A DNA stretch of 64,000 nucleotides, taken from positions 85,500,001 through 85,564,000 of the forward strand of contig NC_058368.1 in the NCBI RefSeq assembly GCF_018350175.1, in the 5' to 3' direction. This document shows, piece by piece, positions 26,421 to 39,249 of the stretch (position 1 is the first letter of the stretch; each line of letters starts with the position of its first letter). Made by a program: the position numbers and the translations under genes. The DNA comes from Felis catus (lineage: Eukaryota). The notes beneath the pieces were generated by a model, which saw nothing but the letters and a program-made list of their open reading frames with translations, was not told the origin of the DNA and made no database searches.

Positions 26421-27566
26421 AAAGAATGTGAGGGGATGGAGACACAGTTTCCATAGAAATGGTGTCAAAAGAAGCTAGAATAGCAATTTTTATATTGGAC
26501 AAAAAATAAAGATTGTAAAAACAGACAAAGAAGGACATTATATTAAGGAACATAATCCAACAACAAAATGTAACAATTGTAAGTACGTATGTACCCAACA
26601 TGACAGTATATATATGTATGTATGTATGTATATATGTATGTGTGTATGTATGTATGTATGTATGTGTATATATGTTAATAACAAAGATAAAGTTTGCTAG
26701 TACTACAATGGTAGGAGAGGACTTAATTTTATTTTTTCAGGTTATAATTTAAATTCTAGTTAGTTATATATATGGTAAAATTGTTTTCCAGTGTAGAATT
26801 GAGAGATTCATCACTTACATATAACACCAAGTGCTCATCATAACAAGTGCTCTTAATACCCATCAGCCAAGTAGCCTCCCCCCCCCCCCCCCGGTAAATC
26901 TCAGTATACTCTCTATAGTTAAGAGTTTTCATGATTTGCTTCCCTCTCTCTTTTTTTCCTTCCACTATATCTATCTGCTTTTTTTCTTGAATTCCAAATG
27001 AATGAAATCATATAGCACTGACTGACTTATTTCGCTTAGCATAACACTCTGTAGTTCCATCCACATCATTGCAGATACCAAGATTCATTCTTTTTGAAAT
27101 GTACAAAACTTCTTTATCCACTTATCAGTTGATGGACATTTTTGCTCTTTCCATTGTTTGACTATTGTTGATAATGCTGCTGTAAACATCAGGTCCATGT
27201 GTCCCTTCGAATCACTATTTTTATGTCCCTTGGGTAAATACCTAGTAGTGAAATTGCTGAGTCATAGCTTTAAAATTCTAGTTTTAACTTTTTGAGGAAC
27301 TACATATTTCTTTTGACAGTGGCAACACCAGTTTGCAATCCCACCAATAGTGTAAGTGGGTTCCCCTTAGTCCACATCTTTGCCAACATCTGTTGTTTCC
27401 TGTGTTATTAATTTTAGCCATTGTGACAGGTGTGAGGTGGTATCTCAGCATGGTTTTCATTTGAATTTCCCTGATAATGAGTGATGTTGAGCATTCTTTC
27501 ATGTGTCTGTTAGCCAGCTGTATGTCTTCTTTGGAAAAATGTCTGTTCATGTCTTCCACCCATTTT

Positions 27567-27785
27567 TTAAAAATTTTTTTTTCAACGTTTATTTATTTTT
27601 GGGACAGAGAGAGACAGAGCATGAACGGGGGAGGGGCAGAGAGAGAGGGAGACACAGAATCAGAAACAGGCTCCAGGCTCTGAGCCGTCAGCCCAGAGCC
27701 TGACGCGGGGCTTGAACTCACAGACCGCAAGATCGTGACCTGGCTGAAGTCGGATGCTTAACCGACTGCGCCACCCAGGCGCCCC
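27567..27785 (-). mobile_element. Young felid SINE (SINEC_Fc-type)
   Basis: Near-identical to the 17390 and 30334 copies; TSD cttccacccattt (27553 / 27788). Confidence 0.95.
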
Positions 27786-28299
27786 AACTTCCACCCATTT
27801 CTTAACTGGATTATTTATTTTTTGTTTGCTGAGTTCGATGATATTTTATAGATTTTGGATATTAACATTTTATCAAATATGTCATTTGCAAATATCTTCT
27901 CCCATTCTGTAGCTTGCCTTTTAGTTTTATTGATTGTTTCCTTTGCTGTGCAGAAGGTTTTTATCCTGATGAGGTCCAATAGTCCATGTTTTCTTTTATT
28001 TCCCTTGCCTCCAGAGACATGTAAGAATTTGTTATGGTCAAAGTCAAATAGGTTGCTGCCTGTGTTCTACTCTAGGATTTTGATGGTTTTCTGTCTTGCA
28101 TTTAGGTTTTTCATCCATTTTGAATTTATTTGTGTGTATAGTGTAATAAATTGGCCTAGTTTTATTCTTCTGCATGTCACTGTCAAGTTTTCTCAATACA
28201 ATTTGTTAAGTAGACTGTCTTTATTCCACTGGATATTTATTCCTGCTTTGCCAAAGATTAGTTGACCAAATAGCTGTGGGTCCATTTCTGGGTTTTCTT

Positions 28300-28865
28300 T
28301 TAATATATATATGTGTATATATATATACATATATATATATGTATATGTGTATATATATATATTAGTTTATATATATATTAATATATATATTAGTTAATAT
28401 ATATGTATATATGTATAATATATATGTATATATGTATATATGTATAATATATATGTATATATGTATATATGTATATAGGTAATATATATTAGTTAATATA
28501 TATGTATAATATGTATATATGTACATATGTATATATATGTTAATATATGCATATATATAATATATACATATGATACATATATACATGTATGTATATATAT
28601 ATCTAACAAATATTCATATGTATATTTGTTATACATATACATATATATGTATATATGTATACATATGATATACATATCATATGTACATATGTATATATAT
28701 GTATCATATGTATATATGTATATATGTAATTCATCACTTACATACACACCCAGTGTTCATTACAAGTGCCTTCCTTGAGATACTGATATATATATATTAA
28801 CTAATATATATATTAGTTATATATATGTATATATATATAACTAATCATATATATATAACTATATC
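28300..28865. repeat. Long degenerate (TA)n/TATG low-complexity tract
   Basis: About 430 bp plus about 80 bp of TA-rich repeat flanking a duplicated L1 3' UTR piece. Confidence 0.95.
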
Positions 28866-29140
28866 AGCAATTCTTCACTTACATACAACACCCAGTGTTC
28901 ATCACAAGTGCCTTCCTTGTGATATTGATCACCCATTTAGCCCATCCCCCCCCATCAATCTTCAATTTGTTCTTTATTGTCAAGAGCCTCTTGTGGTTTG
29001 TTTCTCTTTCTCCTCTTACCCCCCTTCCCGTATGTTTATCTCTTTTGTTTCTTAAATTCCATTTATGAATGAAATCATATATTTGTCTTTCTCTGATTGA
29101 CTTATTTTGCTTAGTATAATACATTCTAGCTCCATTTGTC
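28728..29140 (-). mobile_element. Short L1 3' UTR insertion within the ORF2 of the minus-strand L1
   Basis: aattcatcacttacatac..cacccagtgttcat..acaagtgcc (twice)...cttattttgcttagtataatacattctagctccat. Confidence 0.8.
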
Positions 29141-29659
29141 AACATCTATTGAGAGAATAATGTGGTTCTTATCCTTTCTTTTATTAATGTTGATTGATTA
29201 ATTGATTTTCAAATATTGAACAACCTCTGTAACCTAGGAACAAATTCCAGCTGATAATGATGAATACGTTTTTAATGTACTGTTGGATTTGATTTGCTAG
29301 TATCTTGATGATTTTTTGCATCAAAAATCATCAGGTCTTTTGATTGGTCTGTGACTCTCCTTTTTAGTGGAGTCTTTGTCTAACTTTGGAATCTATGTAA
29401 TGCTGGGATCACAGAATGTAGTTGGGAGTTTTACTTCCGTTTCTATTTTTAATAACAGTTTGAGAAGAATAAATATTAATTATTCTATACATGTCTTAGA
29501 AATTTCCTGTGAAGCCATCTGGCCCTGGACTTTTGTTTTTTGGGAGATTTTTTATTTCTGATTCAATTTCCTTTCTGGTTATGGATCTGTTCAATTTCCT
29601 ATTAATCTTTATTTCAGTTTTGGTAGTTGGTATGTTTTGAGGAATTTGTACATTCCTTT

Positions 29660-29962
29660 TTTATTATCATTATTTAGTTTTAGAAAGAGAGAGAGAGAGA
29701 GCAAGTACATGAGCTGGGAGAGGGGCAGAGGGAGAGAGAGAGACAGAATTTTTTTTTAATTTGTAATAAAGTTATTTATTTTTGAGGGACAGAGTGCAAG
29801 CAGGGGTGAGGCAGAAAGAGATGGAGACACAGGAGCTGAAGAAGACTCTAGGTTCTGACCTGTCAGGACAGGGCCCGATGCAGGGCATGGACTCACAAAC
29901 TGTAAGATCGTGACCTGAGCCAAAGTTGGACGCTTAATCAACTAAGCTACATAGGCACCCCT
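29660..29962 (-). mobile_element. Two stacked CanSINEs (a 3' fragment plus a complete copy)
   Basis: Two GA-rich/T-tail segments (29660-29750 and 29750-29962) ending ...aggcacccc. Confidence 0.85.
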
Positions 29963-30333
29963 ATGCATTTCTTTTTCATTCTCTTGTTTGTTGGCATAAA
30001 TTTTTTTTTGTAACATTCTCTTATAATTGTTTTCATTCCTGTGTTGATGGTTGTGACCCCTCTTCTGTCATTCCTGATTTTATTTATTTGGGTCCTTTCT
30101 TTTTGATCTTTCTGACTAGGGATTTATACATTTTATTAATTTTCTCAAAGAACCAGCTCTTAGTTTGTTGATCTCTCCTACTGCAATTTTATTTTTTTGG
30201 GTTTTTATATGTTTATTTCTGCTATAATCTTTATTTCCCTTCCTTTGCTGGGTTTAGATTTTATTTGATCTTCCTTTCCTAGCTTCTTTACATATAAGGT
30301 TAGGTTGTATATTTGAAAATTTTCTTACTTCTT

Positions 30334-30542
30334 TTTTTTATTTTTATTTTTATTTTTGGGACAGAGAGAGACAGAGCATGAACGGGGGAGGGGCAGAGAG
30401 AGAGGGAGACACAGAAACGGAAACAGGCTCCAGGCTCTGATCCATCAGCCCAGAGCCCGCTGTGGGGCTCGAACTCACGGACCGCAAGATAGTGACCTGG
30501 CTGAAGTCGGGCGCTTAACCGACTGCGCCACCCAGGCGCCCC
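30334..30542 (-). mobile_element. Young felid SINE (SINEC_Fc-type)
   Basis: Exact 18-bp TSD aaaattttcttacttctt (30316-30333 / 30544-30561). Confidence 0.95.
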
Positions 30543-30721
30543 TAAAATTTTCTTACTTCTTGAAGTAAACTTATATTGCTATATACTTCCCTCTTATGGC
30601 CACCTTTGCTGCATCCCAAAGGTTTTGGACTGTCATGTTTTTATTTTCATTTTCATGTATTTTTTAAATTCCTTTCTTAATTTTCTGGATAACCCAGAAA
30701 ATTCTTTAGTAGGATATTCTA

Positions 30722-30928
30722 TTCTATTCTAGTCTAGTCTAGTCTATTAATTTATGGAATTAGAAAGAGAGTGTATGAGAGGGAGAAAGAGGAGGAGAAG
30801 ATCCCATGCAGTCCCCTCACTGTAAGCGCAGAGCTAGAAGCTTGGCTCTATCTCAAAAACCATGAAATCATGATGTGACCCAAAATCAAGAGGAAGATAC
30901 TCAACCAACTGAGACACCCAGGTGCCCC
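30722..30928 (-). mobile_element. Older CanSINE
   Basis: Ends ...caactgagacacccaggtgcccc; TSD tagtaggatattct. Confidence 0.85.
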
Positions 30929-32141
30929 TAGTAGGATATTCTTTAATCTCCATGTATCTATGGTCTTTAAAAACTTTTTCCTGTGGTTGACTTTAAGTTT
31001 CATAGTGTTGTGGTATAGAAATATGCACGGTATGATCCCAACCTTCTTGTAATTGTTGAAGTCTGATTTGTGACCCAGTATGTGATCTATTCTGAATTAT
31101 GTTCAATGTACACTTGAAAAGAATGTGTATTCTGCTGCTTTAGGATGAAATGTTCTCATATGTTTGTTAAGTCCATCTGTTCCAGTGTGCCATTCAAAGC
31201 CATTGTTTGCTTGTATATTTTGTATTTAGATGATCTGTCCACTACTGTAGGTGGTAGGTTAAAGTCCTCTATTATTGCATTATTATCAATTAGTTTCTTT
31301 ATATTTTATATTAATTGATTTATATATGTGTGGGTTGTATTCAGTAGGGGGCATAAATATTTACAATTGTTAGATATTTTTGTTTGACAGACCCTTTATT
31401 ATGACATAGTGTTCTTCTTCATCTCTTGCTACAGTTATTTATTTTAAAATCTAGTTTGTCTGATATAAATATGGCTACCCTGGCTTTCTTTTGATGTCCT
31501 TTAGCATGATAAATGGTTCTCCATTCCTTCACTTTCAATCTGGCAGAGACTTTAGGTCTAAGTTGAGTCTCTTGTAAGCAGTATATTGTTTGGTCTTGTT
31601 TTTTGTTTGCTTGTTTGTTTGTTTTTGTTTTTGTTTTTAATCATTCTGATACCCTATGGCTTTTGATTGGTGCATTTAGTCCATTTATATTTAGATAACC
31701 TTTGATAGATAAAATTTGTTGCCATTGTATTACCTGTATGGAGATTTTCTTCATTCCTTTCTCGTCTTCTTTGTTTTTGGCCTTTCTCTCCCATTCAAAG
31801 GATCCTCTTTAATATTTCTTGCCAGGCTGGTTTAGTGTCACAAACTCCTTCAGTTTTTTTTTTTTGGTCTGGGAAACTATCTTTCTCTCTTTCTATTCTG
31901 AATGACAGTCTTGCTGGATAAAGTATTCTTGGCTTCGTATGGTTCCCCTTCAACACGTTGAATATATCATGCCACCCCTTCTGGCCTCTGAAGTTTCTGT
32001 GGAGAGATCTGCTGCCAACTTTGTCTTTAGTTTTAGGGGAGAGATTTATCTTCCCTTGCTGTTTTCAGGATGCTTTCCTTATCTCTGTAGTTTTCAAAGT
32101 TTGCTATAATATGCCTTGGCGTTGGGTAGCTTCTGTTTGGA

Positions 32142-32830
32142 TTTTTTTTAATTTAAATTCAAGTTAGTTAACAAACAGTGTAGTACCGGTTTCAGTAGTA
32201 GAACCCACTGATTGATCTCTTACGTATGACACACTGTGCTCATCCCGAAAAGTGCCTTCCTTAATGTCCATCACCCATTTAACCCATCACCACACCTACT
32301 TCTCCTTTATCAACCCTCAGTCAGTTCTTTCTATTTGAGAGTGTCTTATGGTTTGCCTCCCTCTGTTTTTATCTTATTTTCCTCTCCTTCACCTATGTTC
32401 ATCTGTTGTGTTTCTAAAATTCCACATATGAGTGAAATCATATGATATTTGTCTTTCTCTGACTGACTTATTTTGCTAGCATAATACACTCTCTTCCATC
32501 CAAGTTGTTGAAAATAGTAAGATTTCATTCTTTAGATCACCACGTAGTATTCCATACATATATACATATATACCATATCTTTATCCATTCATTAGTTGAT
32601 TGTCATTTGGATTATTTTCATAATTTGACCATTATTGATAGTGCTATGTTATCAACATTGGGGTACATGTGCCCCTTTTAATCAGAATTTTTGTATACTT
32701 TGGGTACATACTTAGTATTGCAATTTCTGGGTCATAGGGTACTTCTATTTTTAATTTTTTGAGGAACCTCCATACTGTTTTCCAGAGTGGCTGCACCAGT
32801 TTGAATTCCCATCAACAACATTGTAAAAGG
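32142..32830 (-). mobile_element. 5'-truncated L1 3' end inserted in ORF1 of the minus-strand L1
   Basis: tttttttaatttaaattcaagttagttaac...gaggaacctccatactgttttccagagtggctgcaccagtttg; host ORF1 resumes at ~32835. Confidence 0.85.
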
Positions 32831-34539
32831 TTTTTGGTTGAATTTGATGGGAATTCTCCATGCCTTCTGGATTTGGATGTCTGTTTCCTTCCCTAGATTA
32901 GAGGAGTTTTCAGCTTTTATTTGTTCAAACCTTCTGCCCCTTCTTATTTCTTCTCTTCTTCTGGGACTCCTATGACATGAATGTTATTGTGCTTTATGAA
33001 TTTGTTGAGTTCACTAGGTCTACATTCAAGATACAATACTTTTATTTCCCTCTTCTTTTCAGCTGCATTATTTTCCATAATTATAATCTTCTGTATCACT
33101 ATTCATTCTTCTGTTTCATTCATCCTCGTTGTCACCACAGCCATTTGATTTTCATCTTGGTTATAGCATTTGCTTTATTCCAGCTTGACTAGTTTTTATT
33201 TCTTTTATTTATGTAGTAAGGGTTTCTCTAAAGTCTTCTATACTTTTCTCCAGCCCCACTAATATCCTTATGTTTGTTGTTTTAAAATCTGGTTCAGGCT
33301 TATTACTTATATCTGTTTTGATTAGATTTCTGGCCTTCCCTTCATTATTTATTTTGGAGTCAATTCCTCAGTCTTGTCATTTTGCCTTGGTCACAAGTGT
33401 GTGTGTGTGTTTGGAAAGCCAGTTGTATTTCCTCCTTACAACTCATGACTATATTAAGAGCAAGTCCTATACTGTCTAGGGCCTGGCACTTCAGGAAGCT
33501 TTTCAGAATGTGCACTTTGCTTTTATTTTTTGGCTGTCCTTTCCCTCATGTCAGTCCCCTGTGAGTTTCTCTTTGCTTGCAGTGGGGAGTGTTGGGCTTT
33601 TTTCACTGTGTGCCATTTTAACTAGATGGTCTGCTTTGGTCTGTTTTTTAAAATAAGCTTGATCCTATTTACACTAGAATTGAAGTTTTGCGGGACTCTA
33701 TCATCAATAGACTGTTGCTTATGAGGGGTTTGTGCTGTTATTCTGGGGGAGAGGCCTGGTGTGCTGGTTCTCAGGCAAACTTACCCTCATAAAGATGCAC
33801 CTGCAGGGTGCAGTGGGGCTCTGTGCAACTGGCTCTAGCTTCCACTGGGGGCGCTGTGTTGCTCACTGATGTCTATCATTGCTGATAGGTGGGGGAAATG
33901 ATATCACCTTGCTCTCTCATCCCAAGACTGGGGAGTTCATGCCCACCACTATTCAGGAAACTCTCACAGAAGAATGAGAAATCTCTCTTCTTGTGTCCAT
34001 AGTTTCTGTTGGATACCTGTCTTCACCTTGTATGTGCCCATGCTATCTACTCACCTGACAGCACAGTACTCCTGTGTTTTACCTCAGGATGTGTTTCAAA
34101 ACTTCAAATTTTAGGGACCTGGTGCAGTATAAACCACATGCCCTTATCCTTTGGTGGAGGGTCTCACCATGTTGTGGCTGGTTCCACTTTGTCCCAGAAA
34201 AGCAGCTGCAGAATCATTCAGGGATTTGGAGTTTATGGTAAAGTACAATAAAAGCCAACACCAAGGTTTGCTGTCCTCAGAAAGTGTCTCTGTTCCTATC
34301 TTAATGAACAGGGCAGCGTGGTGGTGCCTGCCTGCTTTGTCCTCTGAAATATCATGTCAGCTCTTCCAAATGTACTCCAAGAAAGTGAACTGTCTCTCCC
34401 AGTACAACCCAGGGAATCCTTAAACCATACTGCATGCTCCTGGGCTTCTAGCCTCCTTCCCCTCAGGAGCACCATTATGCCTGCCAGTCTCCACCTAGTG
34501 GTGGAAGCTTTAAAACTTCAGATTCTGAGCTCCACTTCC

Positions 34540-34735
34540 TTTTTTGTGTTTATTTATTTTTGAGAGAGAGAGAGAGAGTGCGCACAAGCAGCAGAGCAGC
34601 AGCAGAGAGAGAGAGAGAGACACAGAATCCGAAGCAGGATCCAGGCTCTGAGCTGTCAGCATGAACCCACGAACTGTGAGATCATGACCTGAGCCGAAGT
34701 CAGATACACAACCAACTGAGCCATTTAGGAACCCC
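34540..34735 (-). mobile_element. CanSINE in L1 5' UTR
   Basis: gagagagag...atccaggctctgagctgtcagc...; TSD gagctccacttc / gagcttcacttc. Confidence 0.88.
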
Positions 34736-37224
34736 AGAGCTTCACTTCTTGTAAAAACTTGAGATAATCTACCACTCTGGTTTTCCCCATCAATGGCCCT
34801 GGGGAATTGTTTCTATTGTGCAATCCCCTGCATGCTGCTTTCTCTTTTTTCTATCGCTATCTTTCTCTCTTCTCTCTCTGAGATCAAGTTTCCATCCACT
34901 CCACGACACACTTTATTCTTTTCTCCCTGGAATCACATCTGTACCTTACTACCTTCCACAATGTGGCTTCTTTTCTTCCTGTAGTTCTGCAGCTTGTTTT
35001 CTCAGCATTTAGACTGATTTCATGTTTGTTCAGAATTATTTTATATTTATCCAATGGCATTCAAAGGAAGAGACAAGCATAGGATTCCTGTACTGCTCTG
35101 CCACCTTAACTCCTACTCCTGATAGTAGAGGACTTTAATACCCCACTTACATTCGTGGACAGATAATCCAAAAAGAAAAACAAGAAGGAAATGATGACTT
35201 TAAATCAACCCTAGAACAGATGGATTTAACAGAAATATTCAGAATTTGCCATTCTAAAACAACAGGATACACATTTTTTTGAGTGCACATTGAATACTCT
35301 CCAGAATAGGTCACATATTAGGACACAGAACAAATATCAACAAATTCAAAATGGTCAAAGTCCTATCACACACTTTTTCTGACACAATGCTATGAAACTA
35401 GAAATCAATCACAAGAAAAGTTTGGAAAGACTACAAATACATGGAGGTTAAATAATATGTCACTAAACAATGAATAGATCAAACAAGTTATCAAATAAGA
35501 AATAAAATTGTAAATGAAACAAAGAAAAATGAAGACACTAAATCCAAAAGCTATGGGATACAACAAATGCAGGTCTAATAAGGAGATATGTAGCAATAAA
35601 AGAACAAATAAGAAAAACATCAAAAAAAATAACCTAACCCCATGCTTGAAAGAGTTAGTAGAAGAACCCAAACAAGCCCCAAACCAGCAAAAAGAAGGAA
35701 ATAATTAAGATTAGAGTGAAAACAAATGATACAGAAACAAAACATAGCAATGAAACCAGGAGCTGGTTCTTTGAAAACATCAACAAAATTGATAAAGCTC
35801 TAGTCAAACTCATTATAAAACAGAAAGGACAAATAAACAAAATGACAAGTGAAAGAAGAGAAGTAACAATCAATACCACAATAATACAAAAAATATTTTA
35901 AAATATAACAATATGCTGACAAATTAAACAAATAGAAGAAGTGATTAAATTCTTGGAAACATATAACCTACCAAAACTAAGTAGGAAGATATGGAACATT
36001 TGAACAGGTTGATTACCAGCAAGTTGATTGAATCAGCAATCAAGAGCTCCCTAAAAACAAAATTCCAGGACCAGATGACATCACAGGTGAATTCTATGAA
36101 ACATTTAAAAATGACTTAATATCAAAAAAGACTAATAATTTCAAACTATTCAAAAAACAAAAGAGGAGGAAAAGCTTTCAAAAGTATTCTAGGAGACCAA
36201 ATTACCTGGCTACCAAAACGAGGTAAAAACACAACTAAAAAACAGAAATACTGGGCAATACCTCTGGTAAACATAGGAGTAAAAATCCTCAGTGAAATAC
36301 TAGCAAAAAAATCCAACAGTCCATTAAAAACATCATTCACCACAATGAAATAGGATTTATTTCCAAAATAAAAGTGCAGTTCAATATTAGTGAATAATTA
36401 ACATGATACATAACATCAATAAGAGAAAGGATAAAAACCATGTAATTATTTCAAAGACACAGAGAAAGCATTTGACAAAGTACAACATCCATTCATGATA
36501 AAAATCTTCAATAACATTGCTTTAGAGAGAATATAAAACAACATAATAATGGTCATATATGAAAAACTCACAGCAAATACCACAACTCAATAGGGAAAGA
36601 CTAAGAATCTTTCCTGCATATTGAAGATGAAGACAGGGATGTCTACTCTCACCACTGTTATTCAGCATAATATTGCAAGTGTCAGCCACAACAATTAGAA
36701 AACAAAAAGAAATAAAATGCATCTGAATAGGTAAGGAAGTAATAAAACTTTTGCTCTTTGCAGATGAGATGTTATATATAGAAACCCTGAAAGATTCCAT
36801 CAAAATACTATGAGACCTGATAAATGCGTTCAGTACAGTCACAAGATACAAAATCGATGTTCAGAAGTCTGTTGCATTTCTCATACTAATAATAAAGGAA
36901 CATAAAGAGAAATTAAAAAAAAATACCACTTACAATTACAGCAAAAATCAATAAAATACAGAAGAATGAACCTAACCAAAGATGCCTGTACAATGAAAAC
37001 TATAAAACACTGATGAAAGAAATTGAAGATGGCACAAAGAAATGGAAAGACATTCCATCCTCACGGATTTTCAAACATTGTTAAACTGTCTATAATACCC
37101 AAAGCAATGTACACATGTAATGCAATCCTAACAAAATACCAACAGAATTTTTCACAGACTGGAATAAAAAAAATTCTAAAATTTATATGGAACCAGAATA
37201 GACCCCAAGAAGCCAAAATAGTTC

Positions 37225-37692
37225 TTTTTTTTTTTTTAATTCAAGTTAGTTAACATACAGTGTAGTTTCAGTAGTAGAATTCTGTGATTCATCACTTACA
37301 TATTACACCCAGTGCTCATTCCTAAAAGTGCCTTCCTTAATGCCCATTGCCCATTTAGCCCATTCCCCCACCCACCTCCCTTCTAGCAACCCTCAGTTTG
37401 TTCTTTGTATTTAAGAGTATCCTATGGTTTGCCTCCCTCTCTTTTTTATCTTATTTTTCCTTCCCTTCTCCTGTGTTCATGTGTTGTGTTTCTTACATTC
37501 CACACGAGTGAAATTATATTTGTCTTTCTCTGACTTATTTCGCTAAACCTAATATACTCTATTTTCATCCATGTTGCTGCAAATGGCAAGATTTCATTAT
37601 TTTTGATTCAAAGGGGCTTATGCACCCCAATGTTTACAGTAGCACTATTGACAATTTCCAAATTATGGAAAGGTCCCAAATGTCCATTGACT
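37225..37692 (-). mobile_element. Short L1 insertion with 5' inversion
   Basis: PolyT plus 3' UTR on the minus strand (37225-37607), followed by an upstream L1 segment on the plus strand (37608-37692, tcaaaggggcttatgcaccccaatgttt...gtccattgact). Confidence 0.82.
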
Positions 37693-39249
37693 CACAATTC
37701 CAGACTCAAGTTATATTACACAGCTGGGTTAATCAAAACAGTATTGAAGTGCATTAAATGGACACATAGATAAGTAGAAAATTATAGAAAACCCATAAAA
37801 ATTTTATGGCCAATTAATCTTCAACAAAGCAGGAAAGAATATCAATGGGCAAAGGGCCATTTATTCAAGAAATGGTTCTGGGAATACCTGTCAACTACAT
37901 GAGAAAGAATAAAACTGGATCACTTTTTCACATCATACACAAAAATATATTCAAAATGAATTATAGAACTAAATGTGGGGCCTGAAACATAAAAATTCTA
38001 GAAGAGAGCACAGGCAATAATGTCTCTGACATTAGCCATAATAGCATGTTTCTACATAGGTCTCCCAAGGCAAGGGAAACAAAAGCAAAAATAATATTTT
38101 GGGACATCATCAAAATGAAAAACTTCTGCACAGTGAAAGAAACAATCAACAAAAATAAAACACAACCTACTGAATCAGAGAAAATATTTGCAAATGACAT
38201 ACCTGATAAAGGATTAGTTCCAAAATATTATAAAAAAACTTACACATCTCAACACCCACTAAACAAATAATCCAATTAAGTTGGACAGAAGACACATGAA
38301 CAGACACTTCCCCAAAAAAGACATCCTCATGGAATCAGACACATGAAACAATGCTCAACATCACTCATCATCAGAGAAATGCAAGTCAAGCATACAATGA
38401 GAAAGCACCTCACACCTTTCAGAATGGCTAAAATTAATAGGTGATGGGGATTAAAGAGTGCACTTGTGATGAGCACCGTGTGATATATGGAAATGTTAAA
38501 TCACTATATAGTATACTTGTAACGAATATAATGCTATAGGTTAACTGTACTAAAATTGAAAAAGTTAAAACAAAAAACTTAAAAAATAAACTGGGAATAA
38601 AGGAAAGAGAAAGGCTTATTTATTATTATTTTTATTTTTTATGTGAGTGTAATTGTCACATATTGTTAAATTACTTTTAGGTGCACAACATAAAGATTCC
38701 ACAAGTTTATATATCATGCTGCTATGCTTTCCACAAGTGTAGCTACCATCTGTCACCATACAATAGTATTACAGTATCTGGGAGTATATTCCTTATGCTG
38801 TGCCTATTAATCAAAATGGGTTTATTTATTCTTATAGTGAATAAGGAATCACCCATCATGGTCGAATCATAGGACACCTCAGGAGAAAACTGTAGAAAGA
38901 ATATATAATATTTGGGTTTGTATTAGGTGATTGTACAAGAGTTTTAGGAAGTGTTGGTTTGCTTTGGATTGTTGCTGTCAATAAGCATGGGTAATTCTAT
39001 GACTGTCTTAATAAATCTTACACATAGGTGAAGTATACCAGACCAAGGGTAACACAGTAATTGGTAACAAAGCTATAGTCACTCATTCTTAGGAAAGGAA
39101 CATGCTTGGTAATTTTTACAACATGGATGATGTTCATGCTATGTCTATGTTCAGACAGGATTGTGCAGCAGTCTTGTTTCTGCTTTAGTCCATCAGGGTC
39201 ACAGAATGGCTGTTTTCTGTTGATGAAATTAGTTTCCTGCTCTAGATAT

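Larger units (their letters stand above)
26729..35120 (-). mobile_element. Full-length minus-strand carnivore L1 carrying several nested insertions
   Basis: 3' UTR at 26729; ORF2 remnants ([21 protein letters not shown]) to ~31700; ORF1 ~31750-33400; 5' UTR ending in rc aggagtaggagttaaggtggcagagcagta. Degenerate TSD taggagaggacttaa (26712-26726) / tagtagaggactttaa (35123-35138). Confidence 0.88.
26421..38590 (+). mobile_element. Older plus-strand L1 (ORF2 endonuclease to 3' UTR), split by a minus-strand L1 (26729-35120) and a small inverted L1 (37225-37692)
   Basis: 26421-26728 carries EN-domain remnants (agacaaagaaggacattata...aattgtaagtacgtatgtacccaac). It resumes at 35121 (gtagaggactttaataccccactt...) through SWFFENINKIDK, the RT region and the C-terminus; 3' UTR at 38440-38590. 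Confidence 0.85.

Noticed and set aside
28362..28778. Tyr/Ile-rich ORFs
   Set aside because: Translations of a TA-rich microsatellite.
38800..39245. Possible ERV-type LTR next to the MLT1 remnant
   Set aside because: Composition is suggestive, but I could not define its termini or family by eye.
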